64,000 bases of DNA. Source: Acidobacteriota bacterium. GTDB taxonomy: Bacteria > Acidobacteriota > Terriglobia > Terriglobales > SCQP01. A program made the translations under genes and the position numbers. The first letter of the stretch is position 1, and every line of letters begins with the position of its first letter. Positions 24,414-34,705 of this stretch are shown here, in pieces. The notes under the pieces are model-generated. The model was not told the DNA's origin. It was given only the letters and a program-made list of their open reading frames with translations, and did no database searches. Location: NCBI GenBank assembly GCA_021818955.1, contig JAKASR010000010.1:27147-91146 (forward strand), given 5' to 3'.

Positions 24414-26716
24414 GCGACACGAAAAAAACGGTGAATTTGACCGTCAATGGCCGGGCGCTGAGCGCGCCCGCCGGCATGCTGCTCATTGAAGCCTGCCGCG
24501 CCGCCGGCATCGAAGTGCCCTCCTTCTGCTACTACCCTAATCTTTCGCTTCAGGCCGCCTGCCGTATGTGCCTGGTGGAAGTGGAGAAGATGCCCAAGCT
24601 GCAGGCCGCCTGCACTCTTCCCGTGGCGGACGGCATGGTGGTGCGCACCGAGACCGCGCAGATCCAGGCGGCGCGCAAGGGCCAAATCGAATTTATCCTC
24701 ACCAACCACCCCCTGGACTGCCCCGTTTGCGACGCCGGTGGGCAATGCGAACTCCAGGACATGACTTTTCGCTACGGCGCCGCCTCCAGCCGCTTTATCG
24801 AACCCAAAAAACATCGGGATGAGCAGCAATGGTCGCCCATCGTTTATTTCGACCGCCCGCGCTGCATCCTGTGTTATCGCTGCGTGCGCGTTTGCGGCGA
24901 AGGCATGGACGTCTGGGCGCTGGGCGTGGGCGGGCATCGCGGCGTGGGTTCTTCCATCATTCCCAATTACGACGATCACCTGCAATGCGAAGAATGCGGC
25001 ATGTGCATCGATATCTGCCCGGTCGGCGCGCTCACCAGCGGCCCGTACCGCTATAAGACCCGCCCCTGGGAGATGCAGCACACCGCCGCCGTCTGCACCT
25101 TCTGCGGCGACGGCTGCCGCACCACGCTAGGCGTGCGCAACGGCCAGATCATGCGCGGCGACAACCGCGACAAGAGCGGCATCAACGGCGATTTTCTCTG
25201 CATCAAAGGCCGCTACGCTTTCGACTTCACCCGCCATCCCGAGCGCCTGCGCCAGCCGCTGGTGCGGCGCCACGGGCAACTGCAGCCCGCAAGCTGGGCG
25301 CACGCGCTGGAAGCCGCCGCCGCCGGCTTGAAGCGGCAGCGCGAGGCCGGCGCCGGCGTGGGCGTGATCGGCTCGACCCGCTGCCTGAACGAAGAAAGTT
25401 ATCAACTGCAAAAGCTGGCGCGCATCGGCCTCGGCACCAACCATATCGACCATCATCAGAGCGCCGACTTCCCTGCCCTGTTTGCGGCGCTGGCCGGGCA
25501 AAGCCACGCCGGCATGGCCGCCGCCGATGATTTAAAGACCGCCGCCGCGGTGCTGGTCGCCGGCGGAGACCCGGCCGAGCAGCATCCGCTGCTGGCCTGG
25601 AACCTGCGCTGGGGCTGGCGCCTGAGCGGCACGCGCCTTTATCTGCTCAACTCGCGCGAAATGAAACTGGCGCGCCAGGCGCATCGCGCCGCGCGCGTCG
25701 ATTCCGGCGCGCTGCCGCGGGCGATTGAATATCTGGCCGACCCGGCGAGCAGCGGGCAATTGCCGCCGTCTCAAATCACCCGCGCCCTGCCGCCCGACGA
25801 CAAACGCTGGCCGCAGACGCAAATTCCGCCGGCCGAGCCGATTCAGGAAACCCTGGCGGATTTCCGCCGCCAGTTGACGGAAGAAGCCGACCTGATCGTG
25901 GTGATCGGCGCCGAAATCGCCGGCGCAGCCTTGAACGCGCTGGTCAAATTCGCCTTGTCCCGCGCCGGGCGCTCCCGCTTCATGCTCCTGGGCGACGACG
26001 CCAACTCCCGCGGCGCCGCCGACATGGGACTTTATCCCCACCTGCTGCCCGGTTACGAGCCGCTGCAAAATGCCGATGCCCGCGACCGTTTTGCCCGGCT
26101 TTGGGGCGGGGCCATACCCGCCGCGCCCGGCATGAACGCGGAGGCGATGGCGCGCGCTTTCGCCCGCCGGGAATTAGGCGCGCTCTACATCGTTGGCGCC
26201 AATCCTTTCGGACGGCTGCGGATCGAGCGCGCCCCGGATGCCGGCTTTCTGGTGGCCCAGGATCTGTTCCTCACCGAAACCGCGCGCCAGGCGGACGTGG
26301 TGCTGCCCGCGCTCTCAAGCTACGAAAAGCAGGGCACCGTCACCAACACCTGCGGCGAAGTGCAACTGCAGCGCCGCGCGGCCGAGTTCGAGGGCGCCAA
26401 GCCCGACCTGGAAATCATCCACGAACTGGCCATGCTGTTGGGCCTCGACTGGGGCGCCGCCAGCCCGGAAAAAGTGCTGCAGGAAATCCGCGGCGCGGTG
26501 CGCGGCTATGAGCTTTCGCTGCTGCGCCTGTGGGCCGGACAAAGCCAGATGGCCGCGCCCATCGCCGCGGCCGCGGCCGCGCCCGGTGACGGCGGCGGCC
26601 AGGGCCTCGCCGGCGGAGCCGATACGCTGTTTGACGCCGGCACGCTCGGCCGCTACAGCGCCACTTTGAACTCGGTCATGGAAAAATATCTGCGCAAATC
26701 GGCGGAGGCGCGATGA
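24410..26716 (+). CDS. nuoG: NADH-quinone oxidoreductase subunit G
   Basis: ORF from 24158; preferred ATG at 24410 (MSDTKKTVNLTVNG), overlapping the nuoF stop as ATGA. Contains an N-terminal 2Fe-2S fold, HPLDCPVCDAGGQCELQD, CILCYRCVRVC, and a molybdopterin-oxidoreductase-like C-domain. Confidence 0.93.
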   Translation: MSDTKKTVNLTVNGRALSAPAGMLLIEACRAAGIEVPSFCYYPNLSLQAACRMCLVEVEKMPKLQAACTLPVADGMVVRTETAQIQAARKGQIEFILTNHPLDCPVCDAGGQCELQDMTFRYGAASSRFIEPKKHRDEQQWSPIVYFDRPRCILCYRCVRVCGEGMDVWALGVGGHRGVGSSIIPNYDDHLQCEECGMCIDICPVGALTSGPYRYKTRPWEMQHTAAVCTFCGDGCRTTLGVRNGQIMRGDNRDKSGINGDFLCIKGRYAFDFTRHPERLRQPLVRRHGQLQPASWAHALEAAAAGLKRQREAGAGVGVIGSTRCLNEESYQLQKLARIGLGTNHIDHHQSADFPALFAALAGQSHAGMAAADDLKTAAAVLVAGGDPAEQHPLLAWNLRWGWRLSGTRLYLLNSREMKLARQAHRAARVDSGALPRAIEYLADPASSGQLPPSQITRALPPDDKRWPQTQIPPAEPIQETLADFRRQLTEEADLIVVIGAEIAGAALNALVKFALSRAGRSRFMLLGDDANSRGAADMGLYPHLLPGYEPLQNADARDRFARLWGGAIPAAPGMNAEAMARAFARRELGALYIVGANPFGRLRIERAPDAGFLVAQDLFLTETARQADVVLPALSSYEKQGTVTNTCGEVQLQRRAAEFEGAKPDLEIIHELAMLLGLDWGAASPEKVLQEIRGAVRGYELSLLRLWAGQSQMAAPIAAAAAAPGDGGGQGLAGGADTLFDAGTLGRYSATLNSVMEKYLRKSAEAR

Positions 26717-27729
26717 CGGTTTCCACCTTCTTCGTCATCGCGATCGTGAAGGCGCTGGTGGCGCTGTTTATTCTCACCACGCTGATTGCCTATATCCAGT
26801 TGGCCGAGCGCAAAATTGTCGCCCGCATGCAGTCGCGCGTCGGCCCCACCCGCGTGGGTCCTTTCGGGCTCTTGCAGCCGCTGGCCGATGCCGTCAAATT
26901 CATTCTCAAGGAAGACATCGTGCCGGCCGGCGCCGAAAAAGGGCTGTACCTGCTGGCGCCCATTCTTTCGGTCACGCTGGCGCTGCTCGCCATTGCCGTC
27001 ATTCCGGTCGGACCGCCGCTAAGCCTTCATGGCTGGCTCATTCCGCTGCAGTTGACCAATCTGAATGTCGGCCTGCTCTACGTGCTCGGCGTCACCTCGC
27101 TGGGCGTCTATGGCATCGTGCTCGCCGGCTGGTCTTCCAACAGCAAATATTCCCTGCTGGGCTCGCTGCGCGCCGGCTCGCAGATGGTCAGCTACGAGCT
27201 GGCCCTGGGACTGGCCCTGGTCGGCCCGGTGCTGCTGGCCGGCACGCTGAGCCTGAACGGCATCGTTCATGCCCAGGCCGGCGGCCATTGGTTTCTTTGG
27301 ACGCAGTGGGTGGCCTTCTTCATCTATCTCACCGCCGCCTTTGCCGAAACCAACCGCATTCCCTTCGATTTGCCCGAGGCCGAAGGCGAGTTGGGCGCCG
27401 GCTATCATACCGAGTACAGCGCGATGAAGTTCGCCATGTTCTTCCTCGCCGAATACGCCAACATGATCACCGTGAGCTGCGTCGCCACGCTGGTCTTCCT
27501 TGGCGGCTGGTCGGGCCCGCTTTTTGGCCCGCCGGCGCTGCATATCCTGCTGCCGATTTTCTGGTTCTGCCTGAAAGTCGCGGCTTTCCTGTTCCTGTTT
27601 ATCTGGGTTCGCGGCACGCTGCCGCGCTTCCGTTACGACCAACTGATGGCCTTCGGCTGGAAGGTGCTGGTGCCGCTGGCCCTGGCCAATGTCATGGTTA
27701 CCAGCCTGGTGGCGGCGGTGCTGCATTAA
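26713..27729 (+). CDS. nuoH: NADH-quinone oxidoreductase subunit H
   Basis: 338 aa. Motifs AERKIVARMQSRVGP and AETNRIPFDLPEAEGEL. Eight TM segments. Confidence 0.95.
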   Translation: MTVSTFFVIAIVKALVALFILTTLIAYIQLAERKIVARMQSRVGPTRVGPFGLLQPLADAVKFILKEDIVPAGAEKGLYLLAPILSVTLALLAIAVIPVGPPLSLHGWLIPLQLTNLNVGLLYVLGVTSLGVYGIVLAGWSSNSKYSLLGSLRAGSQMVSYELALGLALVGPVLLAGTLSLNGIVHAQAGGHWFLWTQWVAFFIYLTAAFAETNRIPFDLPEAEGELGAGYHTEYSAMKFAMFFLAEYANMITVSCVATLVFLGGWSGPLFGPPALHILLPIFWFCLKVAAFLFLFIWVRGTLPRFRYDQLMAFGWKVLVPLALANVMVTSLVAAVLH

Positions 27730-27733
27730 GCCT

Positions 27734-28300
27734 ATGCAACTGGCGCTCTTCATTATCTTCGGCGGCCTGGCCCTGGCGGGCGCCATCAATCTGCTGGTGC
27801 AGAAAGCGCCCATCCATAGCGCGCTCTCGCTGGTTCTGGTCATGGGCGCGCTCGCCGTGCTGTTCCTGCTGCTCGGCGCCGAGTTCATCGCCTTCATCCA
27901 GATTCTGGTGTACGCCGGCGCCATCATGGTGCTGTTCGTCTTCGTCATCATGCTGCTGAACGCCCAGCCCAGCGAGCCGTCGCGCAGCAGCCGCATCGCC
28001 CGCTGGCTGGGACCGCCGGTGGCCGGCCTGCTGGGCATTATTCTGGCGGCGCTGGTCGCCAGCCGCTACCATCGCGTGCCCGCCAATATGGGCCAGCCCA
28101 TGTTCCAGGTCGAGGCCATCGGCAATGCCTTGTTTCATCAGTACCTTTTGCCCTTTGAAGTGACCTCGGTGCTGTTTCTGGTCGGCGTGGCCGGCGCGGT
28201 GATGCTCGCCTCCCGCCCGGATGAGGCGGCGCAAAATGCGCCGGCCGGGCATCTGGCCGAAACCGAAGCAATCTCCCGGAAAAAAGGAGCCGGGGCCTGA
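27734..28300 (+). CDS. nuoJ: NADH-quinone oxidoreductase subunit J
   Basis: ORF from 27689; preferred ATG at 27734 ([16 protein letters not shown]). Motif [27 protein letters not shown]. Starts 4 nt after the nuoH stop. Confidence 0.9.
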   Translation: MQLALFIIFGGLALAGAINLLVQKAPIHSALSLVLVMGALAVLFLLLGAEFIAFIQILVYAGAIMVLFVFVIMLLNAQPSEPSRSSRIARWLGPPVAGLLGIILAALVASRYHRVPANMGQPMFQVEAIGNALFHQYLLPFEVTSVLFLVGVAGAVMLASRPDEAAQNAPAGHLAETEAISRKKGAGA

Positions 28301-28611
28301 TGGTGGTGTCGTTAGCCGATTATCTGGTGCTGAGCGCGCTGCTGTTCGCCTTGGGCGTGGCCGGGTTCCTGTTTAAAAAGGACCTGATCACCGTCTTCAT
28401 CTCGATCGAGCTGATGCTGAACGGCGTCAACCTGACCTTTGTCGCTTTCAGCCATTACCTGCGCCAGAACGCGATTGACGGCAACCTGTTCGTCTTTTTC
28501 GTCATGGTGGTCGCCGCCGCCGAGGCCGCGGTCGGCCTGGCCATCATCATTGCCGTGGTGCGCAACCGCAATACGCTCAACATTGACAAGATGGATTTGA
28601 TGAAAAATTAA
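28300..28611 (+). CDS. nuoK: NADH-quinone oxidoreductase subunit K
   Basis: 103 aa, three TM segments. Motifs [11 protein letters not shown] and [11 protein letters not shown]. Confidence 0.93.
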   Translation: MVVSLADYLVLSALLFALGVAGFLFKKDLITVFISIELMLNGVNLTFVAFSHYLRQNAIDGNLFVFFVMVVAAAEAAVGLAIIIAVVRNRNTLNIDKMDLMKN

Positions 28612-28653
28612 GCCCGCCGTCCCGCCCCGCCGGGACGCGGCGAAAGTGCCCTG

Positions 28654-30657
28654 ATGCCGATTGCTCTCCATCTCTGGCTGATCCCCGCGCTGTGCTTTCT
28701 GGGCTTTGCGCTGAATATCCTTTTCGGCCGGCTCTGGAGCAAGGCCGTGGCCGGCACGGTGGGCATCCTTTTTCCCGCCGCCGCCTTCCTCTGGGCGCTG
28801 CGCCTGGCCCTGGCCTGGGGCGGCTTCCCGTCGCCTTACCTGGAAAGCCATGGCGCCTGGATCCTGGCCGGCCCGCTGCGCATTCCCTTCAGCTTTCAAC
28901 TCGATCCCCTGTCGCTGACCATGGCGCTGATCGTCACCGGCGTGGGCCTGCTGATCCATATCTATTCGCTCGGCTATATGGCTGAGGAGGGCGGCTTTTA
29001 CCGCTACTTCGCCCTGCTCAACCTGTTCATGTTTTTCATGCTGATGCTGGTGCTGGCGGCCAATTACCTGCTGCTGTTTGTCGGCTGGGAAGGCGTCGGC
29101 TTCGCCAGCTACATGCTCATCGGCTTCTTCTTCCGCCGCGATTCCGCCGCGAAGGCCGGCATGAAAGCCTTCGTCGTCAACCGCATCGGCGACTTCGGCT
29201 TTCTCATCGGGCTCTTCTACCTCTTCCAGCTCTTCGGCGGCTTCGGTTACGCCCGCATCTTCCCGCAGGTCATGCGCATGCCCGCCGAAACCGGCTGGCA
29301 CGGCCCGCTGACCATCATTGCCCTGCTGCTGTTCGTGGGCGCGACCGGCAAATCGGCGCAGTTGCCGCTCTATGTCTGGCTGCCGGACGCCATGGAAGGC
29401 CCCACCCCGGTTTCCGCCCTCATCCACGCCGCCACCATGGTCACCGCCGGGGTGTATATGGTCGCCCGCTCGGCCGCCATCTTCGACCGCTCGCGGGCGG
29501 CGCTGGCAGTGGTGCTGGCGGTGGGCGCGCTGACCGCCATCTTTGCCGCCTCGATTGGCCTGCTGCAAAAAGACATCAAGCGCGTGCTGGCCTATTCCAC
29601 CGTCAGCCAGTTGGGCTACATGTTCATGGCTTGCGGCGCCGCCGTTTACGGCGCGGGCATCTTCCACCTGATGACCCATGCCTTCTTCAAGGGCCTGCTC
29701 TTCCTCGGCGCCGGCAGCGTTATTCACGCCATGCACGGCGAGCAGGATATGTTCCGCATCCGCCATCTCGCCACCGGCGGCTTGAAAAAATACGCGCCCG
29801 TTACTTTTTGGACTTTCCTGATCGCTACCTGCGCCATCTCCGGCATCCCCGGCTTTTCCGGCTACTTCAGCAAAGACATGATCCTGGAAAACGTCTTCAG
29901 CGGCGCCGCCGGCAACCGTTTCTGGTGGGCGGTGGGCGCGATTGCCGCGCTGATGACCTCCTTCTACATGTTCCGTGCGGTGTTTGTGACCTTCTTCCCG
30001 GAAGGCGATGCGCCGCCTCCACGCCTCGCTCCCGAACTGGAAGGCGTCGCGCATGCCACCGGCCAGGAGCCGGCGGGCGTGGCCGCGCATGCGGCGCATC
30101 CGCACGAATCGCCCTGGGTGATGACCATTCCGCTGATCCTGCTCGCCATTTTGGCGGCGATTGGCGGCTATTTCAATCTGGACGGCCGCTTCATGAATTT
30201 CCTCGCGCCGGTCTTTATTCCCGCCGGCGCCGGCACCATCGCCACCGCGCCCGAGGCGGCGCACGCCGGCTTGCTGGTCAGGTCGATTCCCCTCATCGCG
30301 GCGTTTGGCGGGCTGTTGCTGGCCTGGTGGATGTATCGCCTCCGGCCCCGCCTGGCGCCTCGCGCCGCCCAGGCCCTGCCCCAACTTTATGCCCTGATCT
30401 TCAACAAATATTGGGTTGATGAGCTTTACCAGGCGGCGATCGTCGGCCCGCTGGGCTGGATTTCGCGCCGGGTGCTGTGGCGCGGCGTGGACCAGGGCCT
30501 GATTGACGGCGGCGTCAACGGCATCGGACATCTGGCCCAGGCCAGTGGCAACCTCGTGCGCAAGCAAGAGTCCGGCTTAATCCGCAGTTACGCGAGCTGG
30601 ATCGGCGCCGGCGCGGTCGTCGTGCTGATCTATGTGGTCTGGCTGGGGGTCAGATAA
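28654..30657 (+). CDS. nuoL: NADH-quinone oxidoreductase subunit L
   Basis: 667 aa antiporter-like subunit. Motifs WEGVGFASYMLIGFF, GKSAQLPLYVWLPDAMEGPTPVSALIHAATMV, and a C-terminal lateral-helix region. Confidence 0.95.
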   Translation: MPIALHLWLIPALCFLGFALNILFGRLWSKAVAGTVGILFPAAAFLWALRLALAWGGFPSPYLESHGAWILAGPLRIPFSFQLDPLSLTMALIVTGVGLLIHIYSLGYMAEEGGFYRYFALLNLFMFFMLMLVLAANYLLLFVGWEGVGFASYMLIGFFFRRDSAAKAGMKAFVVNRIGDFGFLIGLFYLFQLFGGFGYARIFPQVMRMPAETGWHGPLTIIALLLFVGATGKSAQLPLYVWLPDAMEGPTPVSALIHAATMVTAGVYMVARSAAIFDRSRAALAVVLAVGALTAIFAASIGLLQKDIKRVLAYSTVSQLGYMFMACGAAVYGAGIFHLMTHAFFKGLLFLGAGSVIHAMHGEQDMFRIRHLATGGLKKYAPVTFWTFLIATCAISGIPGFSGYFSKDMILENVFSGAAGNRFWWAVGAIAALMTSFYMFRAVFVTFFPEGDAPPPRLAPELEGVAHATGQEPAGVAAHAAHPHESPWVMTIPLILLAILAAIGGYFNLDGRFMNFLAPVFIPAGAGTIATAPEAAHAGLLVRSIPLIAAFGGLLLAWWMYRLRPRLAPRAAQALPQLYALIFNKYWVDELYQAAIVGPLGWISRRVLWRGVDQGLIDGGVNGIGHLAQASGNLVRKQESGLIRSYASWIGAGAVVVLIYVVWLGVR

Positions 30658-30659
30658 TC

Positions 30660-32321
30660 ATGGTTTTCGACCATCGCCTCATCAGCCTGATCATCGCGAC
30701 GCCGCTCCTCGGCGGGCTGGCGCTGCTGGCTACCCGAACGGCTTCCGGAGCGCGCCGCGTGGCGCTGGTTTTTACGCTCATCGCCTTCGCGCTTTCGCTC
30801 CGTTTGCCTTTCGGCTTCAACAGCGGCGCCGATGGCATGCAGTTTGTCCAGCGCCTGAGCTGGATTCCCAGTTTCCATATCCATTACTACGTTGGCGTGG
30901 ATGGCCTCAGCCTCTGGCTGGTGCCGCTGACCACCCTGCTGACCGTCATCGGCGTGCTGGTTTCCTGGAAGAGCGTCGGCGAGCGCGCCCGCACCTTCTA
31001 CCTGCTGCTGCTGTTGCTCGATGCCGGCATGGTCGGGGTTTTTGTCAGCCTCGACATGTTCCTGTTCTACCTCTTCTGGGAAGCTTCGCTGGTGCCGATG
31101 GCGCTGCTGATCGGCATTTTCGGCCACGAGCGCCGCATCTACGCCGCCGTCAAATTCTTCCTCTACACCATGGCCGGCTCGGTGCTGATGCTGGCCGGCA
31201 TTCTCTGGCTCTATAACCTGACCGGCACCTTCGATTGGGTCAGGATTCAGCATCTCGCCGCTTCCGGCGCGCTGCACATCGGCTCCGCCACCGCCATCTG
31301 GCTGTTTCTCGCGTTCTTTATCGCCTTCGCCATCAAGGTGCCGCTCTTCCCGTTCCACACCTGGCTGCCCGACGCGCACGTCGAAGCGCCCACCGCCGGC
31401 TCGGTGTTGCTGGCGGGCGTGCTGCTGAAAATGGGGCCTTACGGCATGCTGCGCTTCTGCCTGCCGCTGTTCCCCGGCGCGGCGCGCGCGCTCGCCACCC
31501 CGATCCTTATCCTCGGCCTGATCGGCATCATCTACGGCGGCCTGGTCGCCTTCGTCCAGCCCAACATGAAAAAGCTTGTGGCGTATAGCTCGGTCAGCCA
31601 CATGGGCTTCATCATTGTCGGCGTCTTTACCTTCACCTCCATCGGCTTGCAGGGCTCGGTGTACCAGATGCTGAATCATGGCGTTTCCACCGCCGGCTTG
31701 TTCATCCTGGTCGGCATGCTCTACGAGCGCCGCCATACCTTCGAGTTGAAGGAATACGGCGGCATCGCCACCGCCATGCCGGTGTTTGCCGGCTTCTTTG
31801 TGCTGCTGGTCATGTCTTCCGCCGGATTGCCGCTGCTCAACGGTTTTGTGGGCGAGTTTCTGATCTCGCTCGGCGCCTTCCTGTCGCGGCACGTCATCGG
31901 CATCGTCGCGATTTCGGGCGTGATCGTCTCGGCCATCTACCTGCTCTACTGGACCAAAGCCACCATCTGGGGCGAGTTGCAAAATCCGAAAAATCAGGGC
32001 CTCAAAGATATCAATGCCCGCGAACGGCTGGTGCTGGCCACCCTGGGCGGGCTGGCGCTGGCGATGGGCCTGGCTTCGCCTCTGTTTTTGAATAAGATTG
32101 CCCCCTCGGCAAATGCGGAAATGCGGCCTTTCCAGGCGCCGGCGGCGTTCGCCTTGCCCAGCGGCGCCATGCCGCGCCCGGAGATTGCGCTACGGCAAGC
32201 TCGCTTTGCGGCTCCGCTCATGGCTCATATCTCGCCGCCTTCCCTGCCAAAACCAGGTCCGCTCCACCCGGGTTCGCCGTCACCCGCCGCCCGCCTTGCC
32301 GGCGCGGGAGGCGAACAATGA
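30660..32321 (+). CDS. nuoM: NADH-quinone oxidoreductase subunit M
   Basis: 553 aa antiporter-like subunit. Motifs FYLFWEASLVPM and KVPLFPFHTWLPDAHVEAPTAGSVLLAG. Pro-rich C-terminal tail of about 60 aa. Confidence 0.95.
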   Translation: MVFDHRLISLIIATPLLGGLALLATRTASGARRVALVFTLIAFALSLRLPFGFNSGADGMQFVQRLSWIPSFHIHYYVGVDGLSLWLVPLTTLLTVIGVLVSWKSVGERARTFYLLLLLLDAGMVGVFVSLDMFLFYLFWEASLVPMALLIGIFGHERRIYAAVKFFLYTMAGSVLMLAGILWLYNLTGTFDWVRIQHLAASGALHIGSATAIWLFLAFFIAFAIKVPLFPFHTWLPDAHVEAPTAGSVLLAGVLLKMGPYGMLRFCLPLFPGAARALATPILILGLIGIIYGGLVAFVQPNMKKLVAYSSVSHMGFIIVGVFTFTSIGLQGSVYQMLNHGVSTAGLFILVGMLYERRHTFELKEYGGIATAMPVFAGFFVLLVMSSAGLPLLNGFVGEFLISLGAFLSRHVIGIVAISGVIVSAIYLLYWTKATIWGELQNPKNQGLKDINARERLVLATLGGLALAMGLASPLFLNKIAPSANAEMRPFQAPAAFALPSGAMPRPEIALRQARFAAPLMAHISPPSLPKPGPLHPGSPSPAARLAGAGGEQ

Positions 32322-33835
32322 ACTTCGTGCCCGGAGTCTGGTATGTGCGCATCCTGCCCGAAATCGTGCTGACGGTTTTCGGAGCCTTGATCCTGCTGGT
32401 GGAAGGCCCCGCCCGCGCCGGCAATCGCGGCCGCCTCTGCGGCGCGCTGGCGCTGCTCGGCTCGCTGGCCGCTTTCGCCGCCTGCTTCGTCCAGGCCCGC
32501 TATCCCGGCGAGGCGTTTTCCGGCTTGTTTCGCGTCGACCGGCTGGCAATCTACTTCCACTTCCTGATCGTGCTCGCCACCCTGGTGGTGGTGTTATTGG
32601 CGATGGATTACCTGCGCGCCCAGCATTATGAGCGCGGCGAGTTTTACGCGCTGGTGCTCTTCGCCGCCGTCGGCATGGGGTTCATGGTGGGCTCGGTCGA
32701 GCTGGTGATGATCTTCATCGGCCTCGAAATTTCCTCCATTTCCAGCTATATCCTGGCCGGCTACCGGCGCAACGCGCCGCGCTCCACCGAAGCCGCCTTG
32801 AAATACCTGCTGCTCGGCTCCTTTGCCACCGCGTTCTTTCTCTACGGCATCGCCCTGATTTACGGCGGCACCGGCTCGACCATGATTGACGCCATCGCCC
32901 GCGGCGTCGCCGGCAAAATCTCGATGGGCGGGCTGACCGGCGCCAGCCTGATTCCCGCCGCCGCCGGCCTGATGTTCGTCGGCCTGGCCTTCAAAGTCTC
33001 GGCCGTGCCCTTCCAGGTCTGGACGCCGGATGTCTATGAGGGCGCCCCCGCGCCGGTCACCGGCCTGCTCGCGACCGCCCCTAAAGCCGCCGCCTTCGTC
33101 GTCTTTTTGCGCGTCTTCTACGTCGCGCTCAACAGCTATAGCCATGACTGGTTCTGGCTGGTCTGGACGGCTTCCCTGCTCTCCATGACCGCCGGCAATC
33201 TCGCCGCGCTGCTGCAAAACAACATCAAGCGCATGCTGGCGTACTCTTCCATCGCGCACGCCGGCTACGTGCTGGTCGCCTTTGCCGCGCTGGCCGTGAA
33301 CCCCACCGTTTTGCAATCCGTTTCCGGGCCCGCCGCGCTGCTGCCCGGCCACGGCGTCGCCGCCATCCTGTTTTATCTGGCCGCCTATGTCGCCATGAAT
33401 CTGGGCGCGTTCGCCGTCATCGCCCATTTCGCCCACCGGAACGAGCGCTACGTCGAGTTGAACGATTACGCCGGCCTCGGCTTCCGCTTCCCCTTCGCCT
33501 CTGCCGCCCTCGCTCTCTTCCTGCTCTCGCTGATAGGTGTGCCGCTTACCGCCGGATTTTTCGGCAAGCTCTACGTCTTCCGCGCCGCCCTCGACGCCCA
33601 TCTGGTCGGCCTGGTCATCGTCGCCCTGCTCAACAGCGCCTTGGCGGCGTTCTATTACCTGCGCGTGATCGTGTATATGTATATGCGCCCGTCCGGGCAG
33701 GAAGTTCCCGCTCCCGCCCCCTCCGGCGCTTTCCGGCTGGTGATGGCAATCTGCATCATCGCGGTATTGTGGCTGGGCATTTTCCCCGAGACCATTCTCG
33801 GCTTCGCCCACGCCGCCGCCTATCACCTGCGGTGA
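32318..33835 (+). CDS. nuoN: NADH-quinone oxidoreductase subunit N
   Basis: 505 aa antiporter-like subunit. Motifs GLEISSISSYILAGY, FKVSAVPFQVWTPDVYEGAP and MLAYSSIAHAGY. Confidence 0.95.
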   Translation: MNFVPGVWYVRILPEIVLTVFGALILLVEGPARAGNRGRLCGALALLGSLAAFAACFVQARYPGEAFSGLFRVDRLAIYFHFLIVLATLVVVLLAMDYLRAQHYERGEFYALVLFAAVGMGFMVGSVELVMIFIGLEISSISSYILAGYRRNAPRSTEAALKYLLLGSFATAFFLYGIALIYGGTGSTMIDAIARGVAGKISMGGLTGASLIPAAAGLMFVGLAFKVSAVPFQVWTPDVYEGAPAPVTGLLATAPKAAAFVVFLRVFYVALNSYSHDWFWLVWTASLLSMTAGNLAALLQNNIKRMLAYSSIAHAGYVLVAFAALAVNPTVLQSVSGPAALLPGHGVAAILFYLAAYVAMNLGAFAVIAHFAHRNERYVELNDYAGLGFRFPFASAALALFLLSLIGVPLTAGFFGKLYVFRAALDAHLVGLVIVALLNSALAAFYYLRVIVYMYMRPSGQEVPAPAPSGAFRLVMAICIIAVLWLGIFPETILGFAHAAAYHLR

Positions 33836-34037
33836 CAGCGAATTTTTGTTTGCCGCCCCTGATCAAAACGGGAAACCTCTTTCCCGATGCAAAGCTATAG
33901 CCCGCCTTTGATCTCCATGCGTCAGAGCAGCCTTTGTGTATCGTGTTTGCAATGCTTGCCGTCTGGATCTAGCGATTTAACCTTTTTATTCTGAATAATG
34001 AAGATCTACCTGCTTTGTGGCGAGCCATCAGATATTT

Positions 34038-34565
34038 TTAAGTATCATATTTCAATATTTTCGCCACCTTGGCAATCGTATTCCAATTTCGCGTGGCCGC
34101 CGAGGCGCCGAATATTTTATCCAGTCGGCCAAGGTAGCCGATGGTTTTCATATGGCGGCGATAAATGCCGAATACAAATTGATCCCTTGCGGCCAGCACT
34201 CGCAGCAGCCATTCTCTTTCCGACGGTAACGCGAAGGGAATTTTCGGGCGCAGCCGCGCATCTGCCGCCCAAATGCTTACGAAACGCGTCAATCCGGGCA
34301 GCATGGGTACGTCCTTGAATGGATTCTCCGCTGCCAGGCGCAACAAATCTCGCCCGTTGCAAAACATAATCTGAGTCTTAAAAGGCAGTTCGCGCAACAA
34401 GGCGGCGCGCAATCTGGCCTGAGCGATGGGTTTTCGCACTACCAGCGTTCCCGCCGTGCCGACATTTACCGTATCGAAATCTGTTAGCTTTTCCGCCAAT
34501 AAAGTAGAACGAAAGCGCCTGTGGCCACCGACATTAATACCGCGCAAAAAGACTACCTGTGCCAT
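34038..34565 (-). CDS. DUF1697 domain-containing protein
   Basis: 175 aa. N-terminus MAQVVFLRGINVGGHRRF matches the DUF1697 signature (LLRGINVGG). The gene sits in a visibly lower-GC stretch. Confidence 0.75.
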   Translation of the reverse strand: MAQVVFLRGINVGGHRRFRSTLLAEKLTDFDTVNVGTAGTLVVRKPIAQARLRAALLRELPFKTQIMFCNGRDLLRLAAENPFKDVPMLPGLTRFVSIWAADARLRPKIPFALPSEREWLLRVLAARDQFVFGIYRRHMKTIGYLGRLDKIFGASAATRNWNTIAKVAKILKYDT

Positions 34566-34705
34566 TCCAGCACCCTACTACATAGACGTATAAATTCAAT
34601 AATATTTACTTTCTGTACTTCTACCCTGCTGGTAATTATTACAGTTTCAGAGAATTACAGGTGGATGTAGAGTAATTTTACTTCCGTCTTGCCAATCTGC
34701 CGCTT

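Noticed and set aside
21293-33826. A series of long minus-strand ORFs antisense to nuoD, nuoF, nuoG, nuoH, nuoL, nuoM and nuoN (21293..22432, 23016..24362, 24359..25081, 27019..28038, 28312..30567, 30630..31982, 32594..33826).
   Set aside because: All mirror strongly conserved nuo genes on the plus strand. Their translations are low-complexity and lack any recognisable domain. They are GC-driven shadow ORFs.
33868-33890. GGGAAA-cctc-TTTCCC hairpin about 30 nt after the nuoN stop as a possible nuo terminator.
   Set aside because: The stem is short and AT-containing with no following U-tract. It is too weak to annotate.
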